Shown here: piece after piece, positions 54,189 to 63,292 of the stretch
Numbering within the stretch: position 1 is the first letter of the stretch
How the letters are laid out: each line of letters opens with the position of its first letter
NCBI GenBank assembly: GCA_040753215.1
Contig: JBFMEZ010000029.1
Location: forward strand, 29,394 to 93,393
Origin: Candidatus Micrarchaeota archaeon
GTDB lineage: Archaea; Micrarchaeota; Micrarchaeia; Anstonellales; Bilamarchaeaceae
Direction: 5' to 3'
Length of the DNA stretch: 64,000 nucleotides
The notes under the pieces: model-generated
Told to the model about the DNA's origin: nothing
The model's input: only the letters and a program-made list of their open reading frames with translations
Database searches by the model: none
Translations under genes and position numbers: made by a program

Positions 54189-55193
54189 ATGGAAAATCAG
54201 CCCGTGAAGCTGGACAAAATAGACTACAAAATACTCGCGGAACTGGATTTTGACAGCCGCCTCCCCAGCTCAAAGATCGCTAAGAAGCTGAAGCTCTCAA
54301 GAAACATAGTTGATTACCGGATAAAGCAGCTGGTGGAGAAGGGCGTGATAATGGCGTTCAATACCTTCATTGACCCCGCGAAATTCAACCTAATTAGCTG
54401 GAAGGTATATGTTCGCTATCAGAATATGACTCCGGAGAAAGAGAAGGAACTTCTCCAATATCTGGAAAAGCACCCTAAAGTATGGTGGATAATAAGGTGC
54501 GCGGGCGCGTACGATGTGATGTTCTGCCTCCTTGCGGAAACCATCCATGATTTCTACCAGGAGATGCTCGGGTTCAATACCCTATTCGGCACTTATGTGG
54601 CGGAAACAGAGCTCACGAGCCACATAGACCCGGAGTTCTATACGCGAGGCTATCTGGGAAAGGAATCTGTTATTCCATCCAAGCCTTTCCTTGTAAAACC
54701 CACAAAAATGCAATTTGACGAGCTGGACATCAAGCTGTTTGATTTGCTGGGAAGAAACTGCAGGATGCCGATTACTGAAATGGCAAAGAAACTGGGTTCC
54801 ACTCCGCGAATAATCAAATACAAGATGGACAAGTGGGAAAAGGAAGAGGTCCTTACCTGGAACAGGATAATTTTGGATGCTTCCAAGCTGGGGAGGGAGT
54901 ATTACAAAACGCTGGTGAATTTTAAGGATATTACGCGTGAAAAGGAGAAAAAGTTCATCGGTTTCTGCAGGGTGCATCCCGACATCATCAATATCTCCCG
55001 GGCTGCTGGCCCATGGGACTTTGAATTTGAATGCGAGGTGGAGAGCTATCATAAGTATAATGAGCTGATGCAAGGAATGCGGGTGGCCTTCCCGGATATC
55101 ATAAAGCAATACCGAAGCCTGCTGATTTACGAGCAGCTGAAGTTTGAGAACAATTTCATAAGGTACGGGATGGAGAGCAGAAAGACCGCCTAA
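54189..55193 (+). CDS. tandem Lrp/AsnC-type regulator (two HTH+RAM modules)
   Basis: 334 aa; two ..DxxDxKILxxL..RxxxxEIAKKLGxSxxxVxxRIKxLxxxGVI.. HTH units; AT-rich. Confidence 0.6.
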   Translation: MENQPVKLDKIDYKILAELDFDSRLPSSKIAKKLKLSRNIVDYRIKQLVEKGVIMAFNTFIDPAKFNLISWKVYVRYQNMTPEKEKELLQYLEKHPKVWWIIRCAGAYDVMFCLLAETIHDFYQEMLGFNTLFGTYVAETELTSHIDPEFYTRGYLGKESVIPSKPFLVKPTKMQFDELDIKLFDLLGRNCRMPITEMAKKLGSTPRIIKYKMDKWEKEEVLTWNRIILDASKLGREYYKTLVNFKDITREKEKKFIGFCRVHPDIINISRAAGPWDFEFECEVESYHKYNELMQGMRVAFPDIIKQYRSLLIYEQLKFENNFIRYGMESRKTA

Positions 55194-55241
55194 TCGGATA
55201 TAGTCGCTCGTTCTTGAATCGTAAATCCTATCGGATTTCAG

Positions 55242-55315
55242 TATCGCTGCGGCGATATCTGGCAGAATTCTGCGGAATTCCGCCATCCGATAGCGGGCAA
55301 AGTTTCCGGATTTTG
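55242..55315. repeat. composite palindromic intergenic module, copy 2 (TATCGCTGCGGCGATA .. GGCAGAATTCTGCGGAATTCCGCC ..)
   Basis: Matches 1950-2062 module. Confidence 0.6.
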
Positions 55316-55423
55316 TCCTCGCCTTCCGGCGTTTCAATCTTGCCTGCTACCGAAGCGCGTGATAATCTCCGTAGAACCGGAAAAGAAGAAGGAAGAGGGC
55401 GGGATTGGGCGTTCCTGGGCCGG

Positions 55424-55621
55424 TTATCTGCCAGCCTTTGCGAGCCCCGCCTTCCAGTTCTTATTGATTGAGGAATAGACCGACTTGAAGAGTGCTGCCT
55501 GCTTCCCGGACCATACGCGGTTCGGCTTTGATTTTATCCACCCGGCCATGATATCTATTATCCTGAGCGAATCCGAAAGGTCCTTCTCACGTTCCTCGCC
55601 GAGCTTTTTCAGGTCAACCAT
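55424..55621 (-). CDS. small hypothetical protein (66 aa) downstream of nucleotidyltransferase gene
   Basis: MVDLKKLGEEREKDLSDSLRIIDIMAGWIK..; start overlaps upstream stop. Confidence 0.35.
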   Translation of the reverse strand: MVDLKKLGEEREKDLSDSLRIIDIMAGWIKSKPNRVWSGKQAALFKSVYSSINKNWKAGLAKAGR

Positions 55622-56282
55622 GCAGCTCACCCAGGTGACGCATCTTCTCTTCCACACCCAATTTCCTGCAGAAATAGACGAGCTTGTTCTTATCAACCTT
55701 TTCCCCGAACAGGTCGTAAAGGAAGCGGGCATCCTCGATGTCCTTCTTTGTGCCGAGATACAGCTTATATGGAATCTGCATCTCAAGCGGCGAAATCCTT
55801 ATCCTGTGCCTGTTGTTGAGTTCCACCTCGGTTGCATGGGAAAGCGAATATTCGTCAAGTTCGTTTTTCGCAGGCTTCAGCTCTATGTTCGGGGAGATCG
55901 TATCCTTCTTCGCAATCCTTATCGCGGAATTCTCCTTAAGAAGCGCCATCGCCTGCGGGAGGGTGCGCGCATTGAGCAGCCAGTAATCTTCTGAAATGAT
56001 ATCATACAGCTTCTCCACCCCGACCATGTCTTCCCGCCTGAATATCACGTCTATGTCTTCCGTGATCCTCTCGCGCCCGAAAAGCAGCGCGGTGTACCCG
56101 GAAACTATCACATAATCTATCCCGGCCTTCTCCAGGAGCTTTACGAACTCTATCGTGAACGTATCCACAACTGAAAGGATGCGGGAGAGCTTTATCGTAT
56201 TCCCCTCAAAGGCAACGTTCATGCCGGCATTTTGCATGAGGGCGTTTATAATTGTTCTTGGGCCGCAATGCCGCCTTGGCAC
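55614..56282 (-). CDS. minimal nucleotidyltransferase-fold protein (paralog of 35016-35642)
   Basis: ..VSGYTALLFGRERITEDIDVIF.. ; GTG 56282 or ATG 56237. Confidence 0.45.
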   Translation of the reverse strand: MPRRHCGPRTIINALMQNAGMNVAFEGNTIKLSRILSVVDTFTIEFVKLLEKAGIDYVIVSGYTALLFGRERITEDIDVIFRREDMVGVEKLYDIISEDYWLLNARTLPQAMALLKENSAIRIAKKDTISPNIELKPAKNELDEYSLSHATEVELNNRHRIRISPLEMQIPYKLYLGTKKDIEDARFLYDLFGEKVDKNKLVYFCRKLGVEEKMRHLGELHG

Positions 56283-56287
56283 ACCTC

Positions 56288-58246
56288 CTAGCGCATCGCG
56301 TGATAATTCCCGAATATATCCTTCCTAGCATCATAAGCCAGCTTCCGGGGCTTGTCCGCATCCACATCTATTTTCTCCCCCGGCTCGTCAATCATCGGGT
56401 CAGGAAAGCCGGGCTTTTTGTCCGACGGGGGCTTCTCTTCAGGCCCGGCCCCTTTCCCTTGCGCTTGCCCTTCTCCCTCATCCTTAGTGGGCTCATGCAG
56501 CCCCCAGCTTTTCATGTCCACTATCCTCATCTTCATCGGGAGCATGTAATTCCTTCCGTCATACAGCCGCACAATGCACTCTCTCTGGTTGAGCCGTATG
56601 AACATCTCCTTCTTGGATTCTTCCAGCTCCGCCTGCGCGCGGTGCTTCTTGAAGTACTCTTCCAGCTTGATTTCCATCACCGAGCTCAGCATCGCGGCAT
56701 CCTGCCTGTTAAGCTTGAACGCAATCAGATTCCTGGTGTTCGACACTATCCCATCCAGCACCTCCTTGCTCAGCTGCCCAAGGTACTGGCACGAAAGGTA
56801 CGCATAAAGGTTGAATTTCCTCGTCTCCGAGAGTATGTCCCTCGTAACCCTCGTCTCCACTCTCGGGAACTCATCCACCACCAATATTGTGGGCTTGTCC
56901 ATCAGCTTGCCCGTAATCGCCAGTATGTACATCTGGTTGATTATCGCCCCTGCAAGGAAACTAATCATCCTCCTCCCGAAGAAGTGCGGGTCGAAGCTCA
57001 CCACCGTAATCCTGTTCTTCTCCAGAAGCTCCGCAAGCCTCTCCAGCTTCTTCTCCTTCCCCAGGTACAATTGGTATTCCCCTATGAAATTCAGTATGGG
57101 CAGTATCGCGGAGTTGAAGTGGTGTATGTAAATATCATTATACTCCTCGTCAAAGAACCTCTTCACCTCCTCGTTGTCGCACATGCTCACGAACTCCGCC
57201 TTCGCCGTCGCATCAGTGAGCAGCGCGCTTACGTTCATCAAATCTAGCTTGTCTATTGAGCTGAGCAGATGCACCGCGTAGAAAAGCACCCTCTCCGAAT
57301 ATTTGTTCTCCTGCCCTATAGATGATGCAATCAGTTGCGAAATCAATTGCGTAAGCATAGGCGTCTTCTGCCCGCCCACATCCAGCGGCTCTATGTAATT
57401 CTTTACAAAATCCACCATCTTCGTCCCCTTGAAGGTTTTGGTAAACTCCCCATGCGGGTCGATCACTATTATCCTGGCCCCATCCTTGTACTTCGCCTCA
57501 ATCGCCTTCAGCAGCACGTAGAGCGCCTTGGTCTTCCCGGAGCCCGAAGTCCCCGCAACCAGCGTATGCTGCATCGGGTCGTAATTATCCACGCCCATCG
57601 TCACCCCGCTCTCCTCAAACACCGGGAACCTTGAGCTAGTATGTATCCTTTTCGGAATCGGGTCCAGCACCTCTATGTATATGGAGGAATTCTCCTCCAG
57701 GTTTATCCTGAAGAACTTCTCCGGGTCGGTCACCAGCACGCTCCTCTTCCTGCCCTTCTCGTCAATCGCATCCCCTGCTGCCACGAACCCGCCCAGCACC
57801 TTGCTCAGGTCCATCGCCAGCTCCTCCACATTCTCCTTCAGCATGAAATCCAGGAAACCATACGCCCCCCCGTTGATCTTGTAGAACTTTGAGAGGACGG
57901 CCGCCTTCCCCTTCACTTGTTCCATCTCCCCCAGCTCTGCGAACCTGAACGGAAACACCAGCGCCGCCATGTCCTGCAGCCCCTTCTTCTCCCTTATATA
58001 GAATTTCACGGTGTTGTTCTTCCTCCGCACAATGAGCCTAAACGCATTGAGCGAAAGCACCCCCGAGAAATCCAGGAAGCCGAAAAGCGGAAGCCTCGCC
58101 TTCACCAGCTGCTCGAAGAACGCCCTCATGTCCTCCTCATCCACCTTCTCCGAGTAGAGGTGCATCTCGCGGACAGCCAGCCTCCTGGCTGCCTCCTCCT
58201 CCCTGCTCAGGGTAATCTTCATTCCTGTTGGCAAGCGCAATTCCAT
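56288..58246 (-). CDS. HerA/FtsK/VirB4-superfamily P-loop ATPase (DUF87-like)
   Basis: 652 aa; AGTSGSGKTKAL Walker A ~aa 235, ILVVDEF Walker B; disordered acidic C-terminus. Confidence 0.6.
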   Translation of the reverse strand: MELRLPTGMKITLSREEEAARRLAVREMHLYSEKVDEEDMRAFFEQLVKARLPLFGFLDFSGVLSLNAFRLIVRRKNNTVKFYIREKKGLQDMAALVFPFRFAELGEMEQVKGKAAVLSKFYKINGGAYGFLDFMLKENVEELAMDLSKVLGGFVAAGDAIDEKGRKRSVLVTDPEKFFRINLEENSSIYIEVLDPIPKRIHTSSRFPVFEESGVTMGVDNYDPMQHTLVAGTSGSGKTKALYVLLKAIEAKYKDGARIIVIDPHGEFTKTFKGTKMVDFVKNYIEPLDVGGQKTPMLTQLISQLIASSIGQENKYSERVLFYAVHLLSSIDKLDLMNVSALLTDATAKAEFVSMCDNEEVKRFFDEEYNDIYIHHFNSAILPILNFIGEYQLYLGKEKKLERLAELLEKNRITVVSFDPHFFGRRMISFLAGAIINQMYILAITGKLMDKPTILVVDEFPRVETRVTRDILSETRKFNLYAYLSCQYLGQLSKEVLDGIVSNTRNLIAFKLNRQDAAMLSSVMEIKLEEYFKKHRAQAELEESKKEMFIRLNQRECIVRLYDGRNYMLPMKMRIVDMKSWGLHEPTKDEGEGQAQGKGAGPEEKPPSDKKPGFPDPMIDEPGEKIDVDADKPRKLAYDARKDIFGNYHAMR

Positions 58247-58480
58247 TATCTCACGTTCATATACTTATTGAAACGGGGATATATTCCTAGTCCCGCTCCA
58301 TAGCGGGTTTCACCATCCTCCAGCTTTCCGTCGTTGCCCTTCCCATGCCAATTCCGCGCGTTCCTTCTATTTAAGAATTCACTACTATGCGCGTATACTA
58401 GCAGTAACGAAAAAGGAGGTGCGCCCAGAGAACCCATTACCACCATGCTTTCCATCCAGCGATTTTCGTATTAATACAAT

Positions 58481-58501
58481 TGTGGTATCGTAGCGATACC
58501 A
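58481..58501. promoter_or_regulatory. perfect palindrome GTGGTATCG-TAG-CGATACCAC upstream of TrmB paralog 2 (candidate operator)
   Basis: 37 nt upstream of ATG 58538; GTGGT..ACCAC arms also flank 33305-33325 palindrome upstream of TrmB paralog 1. Confidence 0.45.
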
Positions 58502-58537
58502 CTACATATTAAAACAGCCCCGCCCCACTCATTACCC

Positions 58538-59308
58538 ATGAAAATCAGCGATTTGTTCAGGGAGATAGGCTTCTCGGAGGGTGAAGGCAAGGTATACCAG
58601 GCCATCCTCACGCACCTTTCCCCGACCCTCCAGTCCATCCACGAAGAGACCGGGATAGAGAGAAGGAACGTCTACGACATCGTAAACAAGCTCATCTCAA
58701 AGGGGCTGGTCACCTACCAGATGGAGAACAGGAAGAAGACCTACCACACGACCCACCCAAGCAAAATACTGAACTACCTAGAAGAGCGGGAAGGTGAGAT
58801 AACGAATGCAAAAAACATGGTGAATGCAGAGCTCGGCCAGCTTGTGAATATGTACGAGGGCAGCAAGGAGGAGTTCCACACGGAGATTTACAGGGGGAAC
58901 GAGGGCATGAAGGCTGTTTTTGAGGATATACTGAATTATAAGCACTACTACCTTATAGGAGGGAATTTTGGCGTTATGAGATTCCTTGGCGAAGCATTCT
59001 TGAACAGATGGCATGCAAAAAGGGAGAAAAAGAAAATCTGGATTCACGACATAATAAGGTACCAGAGCTTTATTGGCGAAGGGGCGATTCCTGAATTTAC
59101 CAAGAACCTAAAATACTGGGAATACAAGATGCTCCCCAAGGAATTCTGGTCCCCCCACGTGATTTTCATATACGGGGACAAGGTTGTGAATGTATTTTGG
59201 GGCGAACAAAGCTTCGCATTCCTCATCCAGAACGAGGGCATCGCGAAGAGCTATATGGACTATTTCAACTATCTGTGGAAAACCCTGCCTAGCCCCAAAA
59301 GGCGATGA
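58538..59308 (+). CDS. TrmB-family transcriptional regulator (paralog 2)
   Basis: 256 aa; N-terminal TrmB wHTH; stop 2 nt before P3 start. Confidence 0.65.
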   Translation: MKISDLFREIGFSEGEGKVYQAILTHLSPTLQSIHEETGIERRNVYDIVNKLISKGLVTYQMENRKKTYHTTHPSKILNYLEEREGEITNAKNMVNAELGQLVNMYEGSKEEFHTEIYRGNEGMKAVFEDILNYKHYYLIGGNFGVMRFLGEAFLNRWHAKREKKKIWIHDIIRYQSFIGEGAIPEFTKNLKYWEYKMLPKEFWSPHVIFIYGDKVVNVFWGEQSFAFLIQNEGIAKSYMDYFNYLWKTLPSPKRR

Positions 59309-59309
59309 C

Positions 59310-60857
59310 ATGCACTCCGCAATATACGAACGCCTCAACACAAAATGGAAAGAGGCATGCAAAATACTGTTTAGAGAGGAGGTCGGCAACCTCCGCGTAT
59401 ATGAAGGCTGGCTTTCCGAATGCATTGAGCCTGTATCCGTACAAAAATCCCAAATTCCAGGCAAAGAAGTAGTAGCGGTGGGCGATTACCGCGGCTCAAA
59501 ACTCATCTCCTTCGCAGATATCGACTTCTTCAGAAAATACCCTCCTCTCAGCATAAATGACATAAAGGACATAGACAGCATAATCCGCGCGGCGCGGGAA
59601 AGGGCCGAATATGCGGGCAACATAGTGCTCGGCAACTCCTCAAATGCCGAATCCAGCACCGGGATAGAAGACTGCAGCAACATCCTTTCCTCCCACACAT
59701 ACAACTCTTCCCAGGATGTGGCCTTCTCCACGCTGGGCAGGGTAGATGAGTCAGTCTTCGGCTGCGTCCTTGTCGGGCAATCCAGCTTTTCCATAAAGAC
59801 CGTGCTAGGACGGCACCTGGCCCGCACCCTCGAATCTTCCTATGCGCTCGAATGCTCCGACATATATTTCTCCCACCAGATGCGCGGCTGCTCGGAATGC
59901 ATGTTTTCCTTCAACCTCCGCGGCAAGAGGCACGTAATAGGCAATGTCCAGCTTCCCCAGGACAAATACCAATCCATAAAGAAAAAGCTCCTCCCCGAGC
60001 TTGCGGATGAGCTGAAGAAAAACAAGAGGCTCAGGCCGTTGAGGGATTTCATCCCCAGGGAGCCGCCCCAAGCCGCGCGTCCCGCCCCCCAAAGCCCCGT
60101 GCACATGCCTCAGGCGGCCCCGGACCTTAAGATGGTGGAGGACGCCTTCCAAAAAACAACCGATCTCATATTCGGCAGGAAGCTCCAGGGCATCTCCTCC
60201 TTCGGCCCCTACCTCTCCAGGCACACCCGGTGCGACCCCAAGGCCCGCGGGATGGCGCTCAACAAGCTGTTCCCAGAAGGCAAAAGAACGGTAAGCCTTG
60301 AAGAGCACGGCTCATATTCGCACCCGCAGGCCTGGCCCGAAGCCCTGGATATCGGCTCTTTCGGCCTTTCCAACGTCGGAACGCTCATAAGCCCAATCGC
60401 CTTTTTCTGCCCGGACATCCAGGAGCAATCCTCCAACATGGTCGAGTGCTCCAATTTCACCAATTCCTACCATTGCTTCCACTCCAGCAATTTATACTTC
60501 GTAAAATTCGCCGCTTATTCCTTCTGGCCCAGGGACTGCGAACACGTTTTCGGCTGCGACTCCCTCCGCACCTCCTCCTTCTGCATAAACTGCTACAACT
60601 CGTTCAAGCTTAGCCGCTGTTTTGAAGTGGATACCTCCCAGGACTGCACCGGCTCCTATTTCCTGCATAACTGCGAGAACGTCCACGACTCGATGTTCTG
60701 CTTTAACGTAAAGAACAAGAGGTATGCGATAGGAAATGCAGAAGTTGGCAAGGAGAAATTCTTCGAAGCAAAGAAGGCCCTTCAACTCTGGCTGCTTTCC
60801 CAGTTGGAGAAGAAGGGCTCCGTGGATTTGGACATTTACAATATCAATAAGAAATAA
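59310..60857 (+). CDS. Cys-containing repeat protein, family member P3
   Basis: ~515 aa; same motifs (CSECMFSFNLRGKRHVIGN; CENVHDSMFCFNVKNKRYAIGN). Confidence 0.5.
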   Translation: MHSAIYERLNTKWKEACKILFREEVGNLRVYEGWLSECIEPVSVQKSQIPGKEVVAVGDYRGSKLISFADIDFFRKYPPLSINDIKDIDSIIRAARERAEYAGNIVLGNSSNAESSTGIEDCSNILSSHTYNSSQDVAFSTLGRVDESVFGCVLVGQSSFSIKTVLGRHLARTLESSYALECSDIYFSHQMRGCSECMFSFNLRGKRHVIGNVQLPQDKYQSIKKKLLPELADELKKNKRLRPLRDFIPREPPQAARPAPQSPVHMPQAAPDLKMVEDAFQKTTDLIFGRKLQGISSFGPYLSRHTRCDPKARGMALNKLFPEGKRTVSLEEHGSYSHPQAWPEALDIGSFGLSNVGTLISPIAFFCPDIQEQSSNMVECSNFTNSYHCFHSSNLYFVKFAAYSFWPRDCEHVFGCDSLRTSSFCINCYNSFKLSRCFEVDTSQDCTGSYFLHNCENVHDSMFCFNVKNKRYAIGNAEVGKEKFFEAKKALQLWLLSQLEKKGSVDLDIYNINKK

Positions 60858-60872
60858 TCGCAGCAGCTTTAA

Positions 60873-60903
60873 AAATTCACTACTATATAATCATAATAGT
60901 GAA
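60873..60903. promoter_or_regulatory. palindrome TTCACTACTATATAATCATAATAGTGAA overlapping GTG start of TrmB paralog 3 (TATA box + candidate operator)
   Basis: AATTCACTACTAT also at 58372-58384 upstream of TrmB paralog 2. Confidence 0.45.
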
Positions 60904-61651
60904 AGAAATAGAAGAAATCCTGAAGAAAGTGGGCCTAACCACGCAGGAATCCCGCGTATACCTTGCGCTCCTTGAGCTCCAAGAGGCGCAGACCGGCCGC
61001 CTCTGCTCCTTCACCGGCATAGCCAGCTCCAACATCTACAACATCCTCCGCTCCCTCATGCAAAAGGGCCTCGCAAGCTACCGTGTGCAGAACAATACCC
61101 GCGTCTTTCTCCCCGCCTCACCAGATGCGCTGAACGAGCTTTTCCTTGAAAAGCAGAAGAAACTTGATGAGGAACGCCGCGAGGTCACAGCGCTCGTCTC
61201 CAGCCTGAAGAAGAGAAAGGTTGAGACCGAACCCTACTCCAATTACAAATACTACGAAGGAATTTCTGGCGTAAAATCCATGTGGCATGAAATCAACGGC
61301 TTCATGTCCCCGGACTCAACCGCCCTTGTATACACCTCCCGCCGCGCAGCCTATGAAAAATTGATAAGCTTCTACGACGTACACCATAAAATGCGCCGTG
61401 AAAAGGGGATAAAGGAGCTTATGGTTTTCCCGGACGAGGACAGGGAACTCGGCCACAAGCGACGCAACAGATATACGGAAGTCCGCTTCAGCAGCATAAA
61501 AAGCGACGCAGAATGGGGCATTATAAGGGACCGCCTCTACATCCAGTACATCACCGGAAAAGTCCCCCGCGCATTCCTCATAAAAGACGAGACCTTCGCC
61601 AACACCTTCCGCGAGGTCTTCTCAAAGCTCTGGGAGCGTGCAAAGCCATGA
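60899..61651 (+). CDS. TrmB-family transcriptional regulator (paralog 3), GTG start
   Basis: 250 aa; ATGA overlap with P4. Confidence 0.65.
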   Translation: MKEIEEILKKVGLTTQESRVYLALLELQEAQTGRLCSFTGIASSNIYNILRSLMQKGLASYRVQNNTRVFLPASPDALNELFLEKQKKLDEERREVTALVSSLKKRKVETEPYSNYKYYEGISGVKSMWHEINGFMSPDSTALVYTSRRAAYEKLISFYDVHHKMRREKGIKELMVFPDEDRELGHKRRNRYTEVRFSSIKSDAEWGIIRDRLYIQYITGKVPRAFLIKDETFANTFREVFSKLWERAKP

Positions 61652-63234
61652 AAAGCAGGAGCCAATCCTCACAGGTATATGAACACCTGAACAAGAGTTG
61701 GAAGGATGCCTGCAAAATCCTGCTCAAGGAAGAGGTGGGCAATCTCAACGAATACGAGGGCTGGCTCTCCGAATGGCTTGAGCCCTCCCGAATGCGCAAA
61801 TCCCCCTCCGGAGAAGACGTCCTGACTGTTGGCGACTATTGCGATTCCGCCTCTTTCGTTCCATTTTCAGGAATCGACCTGATGAAAAAATACCCTCCCC
61901 TCAGCATAAACGAAATAAAAGACATTGATTCCATTCTCTCTGCCACACAGGAAAGAATCTATTACGCCGGCAACATAGTGCTCGGCAAATCCTCCAACGT
62001 GGAAGAGAGCACCGGCATAGAGGACTGCAACTTTGCCCTCCGCTCCCACTCATGCAATTCCTCCCAAGACATTGCCTTCTGCACCCAGATGAGGGAGGAC
62101 CGCTCTCTTTTCGGCTGCGTGATGTGTGGGGAGTCAAGCTTCACTATAAAATGCTACGGCAACTGGCGCACCGCCCGCTCCCTCCTCTCCAGCACTATCC
62201 ACGAATCCTCGGACATATACTTCTCCCACAAGCTCACCGGCTGCTCAGAATGCATGTTCTCATTCAACCTCCGCGCAAAGCACCACGCGATAGGGAACAC
62301 CCCTCTTCCCTCCGAAAAATACCTGCCATTAAAGCAGAAACTCCTCTCCGAACTCGCCGAAGAGCTTAGGAAGAAGAAAAGGCTCCCAAACCTTGTGGAT
62401 TTCTTTCCTCCTCAACCGTCCAAACCCAGCACACCAAAAACCATTCCTCTCCCCAGGAAAAATGAGGATTTCGAGCTTATAGAAGACGCCTTCCATACCA
62501 CCTCCGAGCTCCTCTTAGGAAAAAACACCCTCCATCTCAAGCCCCTATCCAATTACCTCTCCCGCCACGTCCGCGCCATCCAGAAGCTCCCATCCTGCGT
62601 TAGCGGAAAGGACGTCTTCCGCTGCAGCACCCGCTTTGACGACGTGGTTTCCAAATGCGGCAGGATGGTCCGCCTTGATGAATACGATTCCGTCTCCCAT
62701 CCGCAGGAACTCCCTCATGGGATGGAGAAGCTCTCCCTTTCCGGCATAACCCCGCTCATAAGCCCAGTAGCATACTACTGCCCCGAGGCGGCCGAGCAGT
62801 TTGAGAACGCGATTGAATGCAACGACATCTACTCCGCATACCATTGCTACCGCGCAAGCAAGGTCTACTTCACCAAGTTCACAGCATTCTCTTACTGGGC
62901 AAGGAACTGCGAATACACGTTCGGCTGCGACTCCCTGCGCACTTCTTCGTTCTGCATCCAGTGCCACAACTCCTTCAAGCTGAGCCGCTGTTTTGAGGTT
63001 GATACCTCACAGGACTGCACCGGCTCCTACTTCCTGCACAATTGCGAGAACGTGCATGACTCCATGTTTTGCTTCAATACCAAAAACAAAAGGTATGCAA
63101 TAGGCAATTCCGAGGTTGGAAAAGAGAACTTCCTCAAAGCCAAATCCGCCCTCCAGGCCTGGCTCCTTTCCCAGCTCGAAAGGAGCGGCTCCGTAGAGCT
63201 GGACATATACAATATTGGCTGCCGCAAACCCTGA
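61648..63234 (+). CDS. Cys-containing repeat protein, family member P4
   Basis: ~528 aa; closest to P3 (C-terminal 130 aa nearly identical). Confidence 0.5.
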   Translation: MKSRSQSSQVYEHLNKSWKDACKILLKEEVGNLNEYEGWLSEWLEPSRMRKSPSGEDVLTVGDYCDSASFVPFSGIDLMKKYPPLSINEIKDIDSILSATQERIYYAGNIVLGKSSNVEESTGIEDCNFALRSHSCNSSQDIAFCTQMREDRSLFGCVMCGESSFTIKCYGNWRTARSLLSSTIHESSDIYFSHKLTGCSECMFSFNLRAKHHAIGNTPLPSEKYLPLKQKLLSELAEELRKKKRLPNLVDFFPPQPSKPSTPKTIPLPRKNEDFELIEDAFHTTSELLLGKNTLHLKPLSNYLSRHVRAIQKLPSCVSGKDVFRCSTRFDDVVSKCGRMVRLDEYDSVSHPQELPHGMEKLSLSGITPLISPVAYYCPEAAEQFENAIECNDIYSAYHCYRASKVYFTKFTAFSYWARNCEYTFGCDSLRTSSFCIQCHNSFKLSRCFEVDTSQDCTGSYFLHNCENVHDSMFCFNTKNKRYAIGNSEVGKENFLKAKSALQAWLLSQLERSGSVELDIYNIGCRKP

Positions 63235-63292
63235 AATTGCCCACAAGGCAACATTTATAAGCACTTTTAACCATTATATTACCACTGATAAC

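Noticed and set aside
55424-55786. Full 120-aa ORF 55424-55786 (-)
   Set aside because: Its 5' two-thirds overlaps the nucleotidyltransferase gene in another frame. Only the part from the internal Met (55621) downstream of that gene's stop is plausible.
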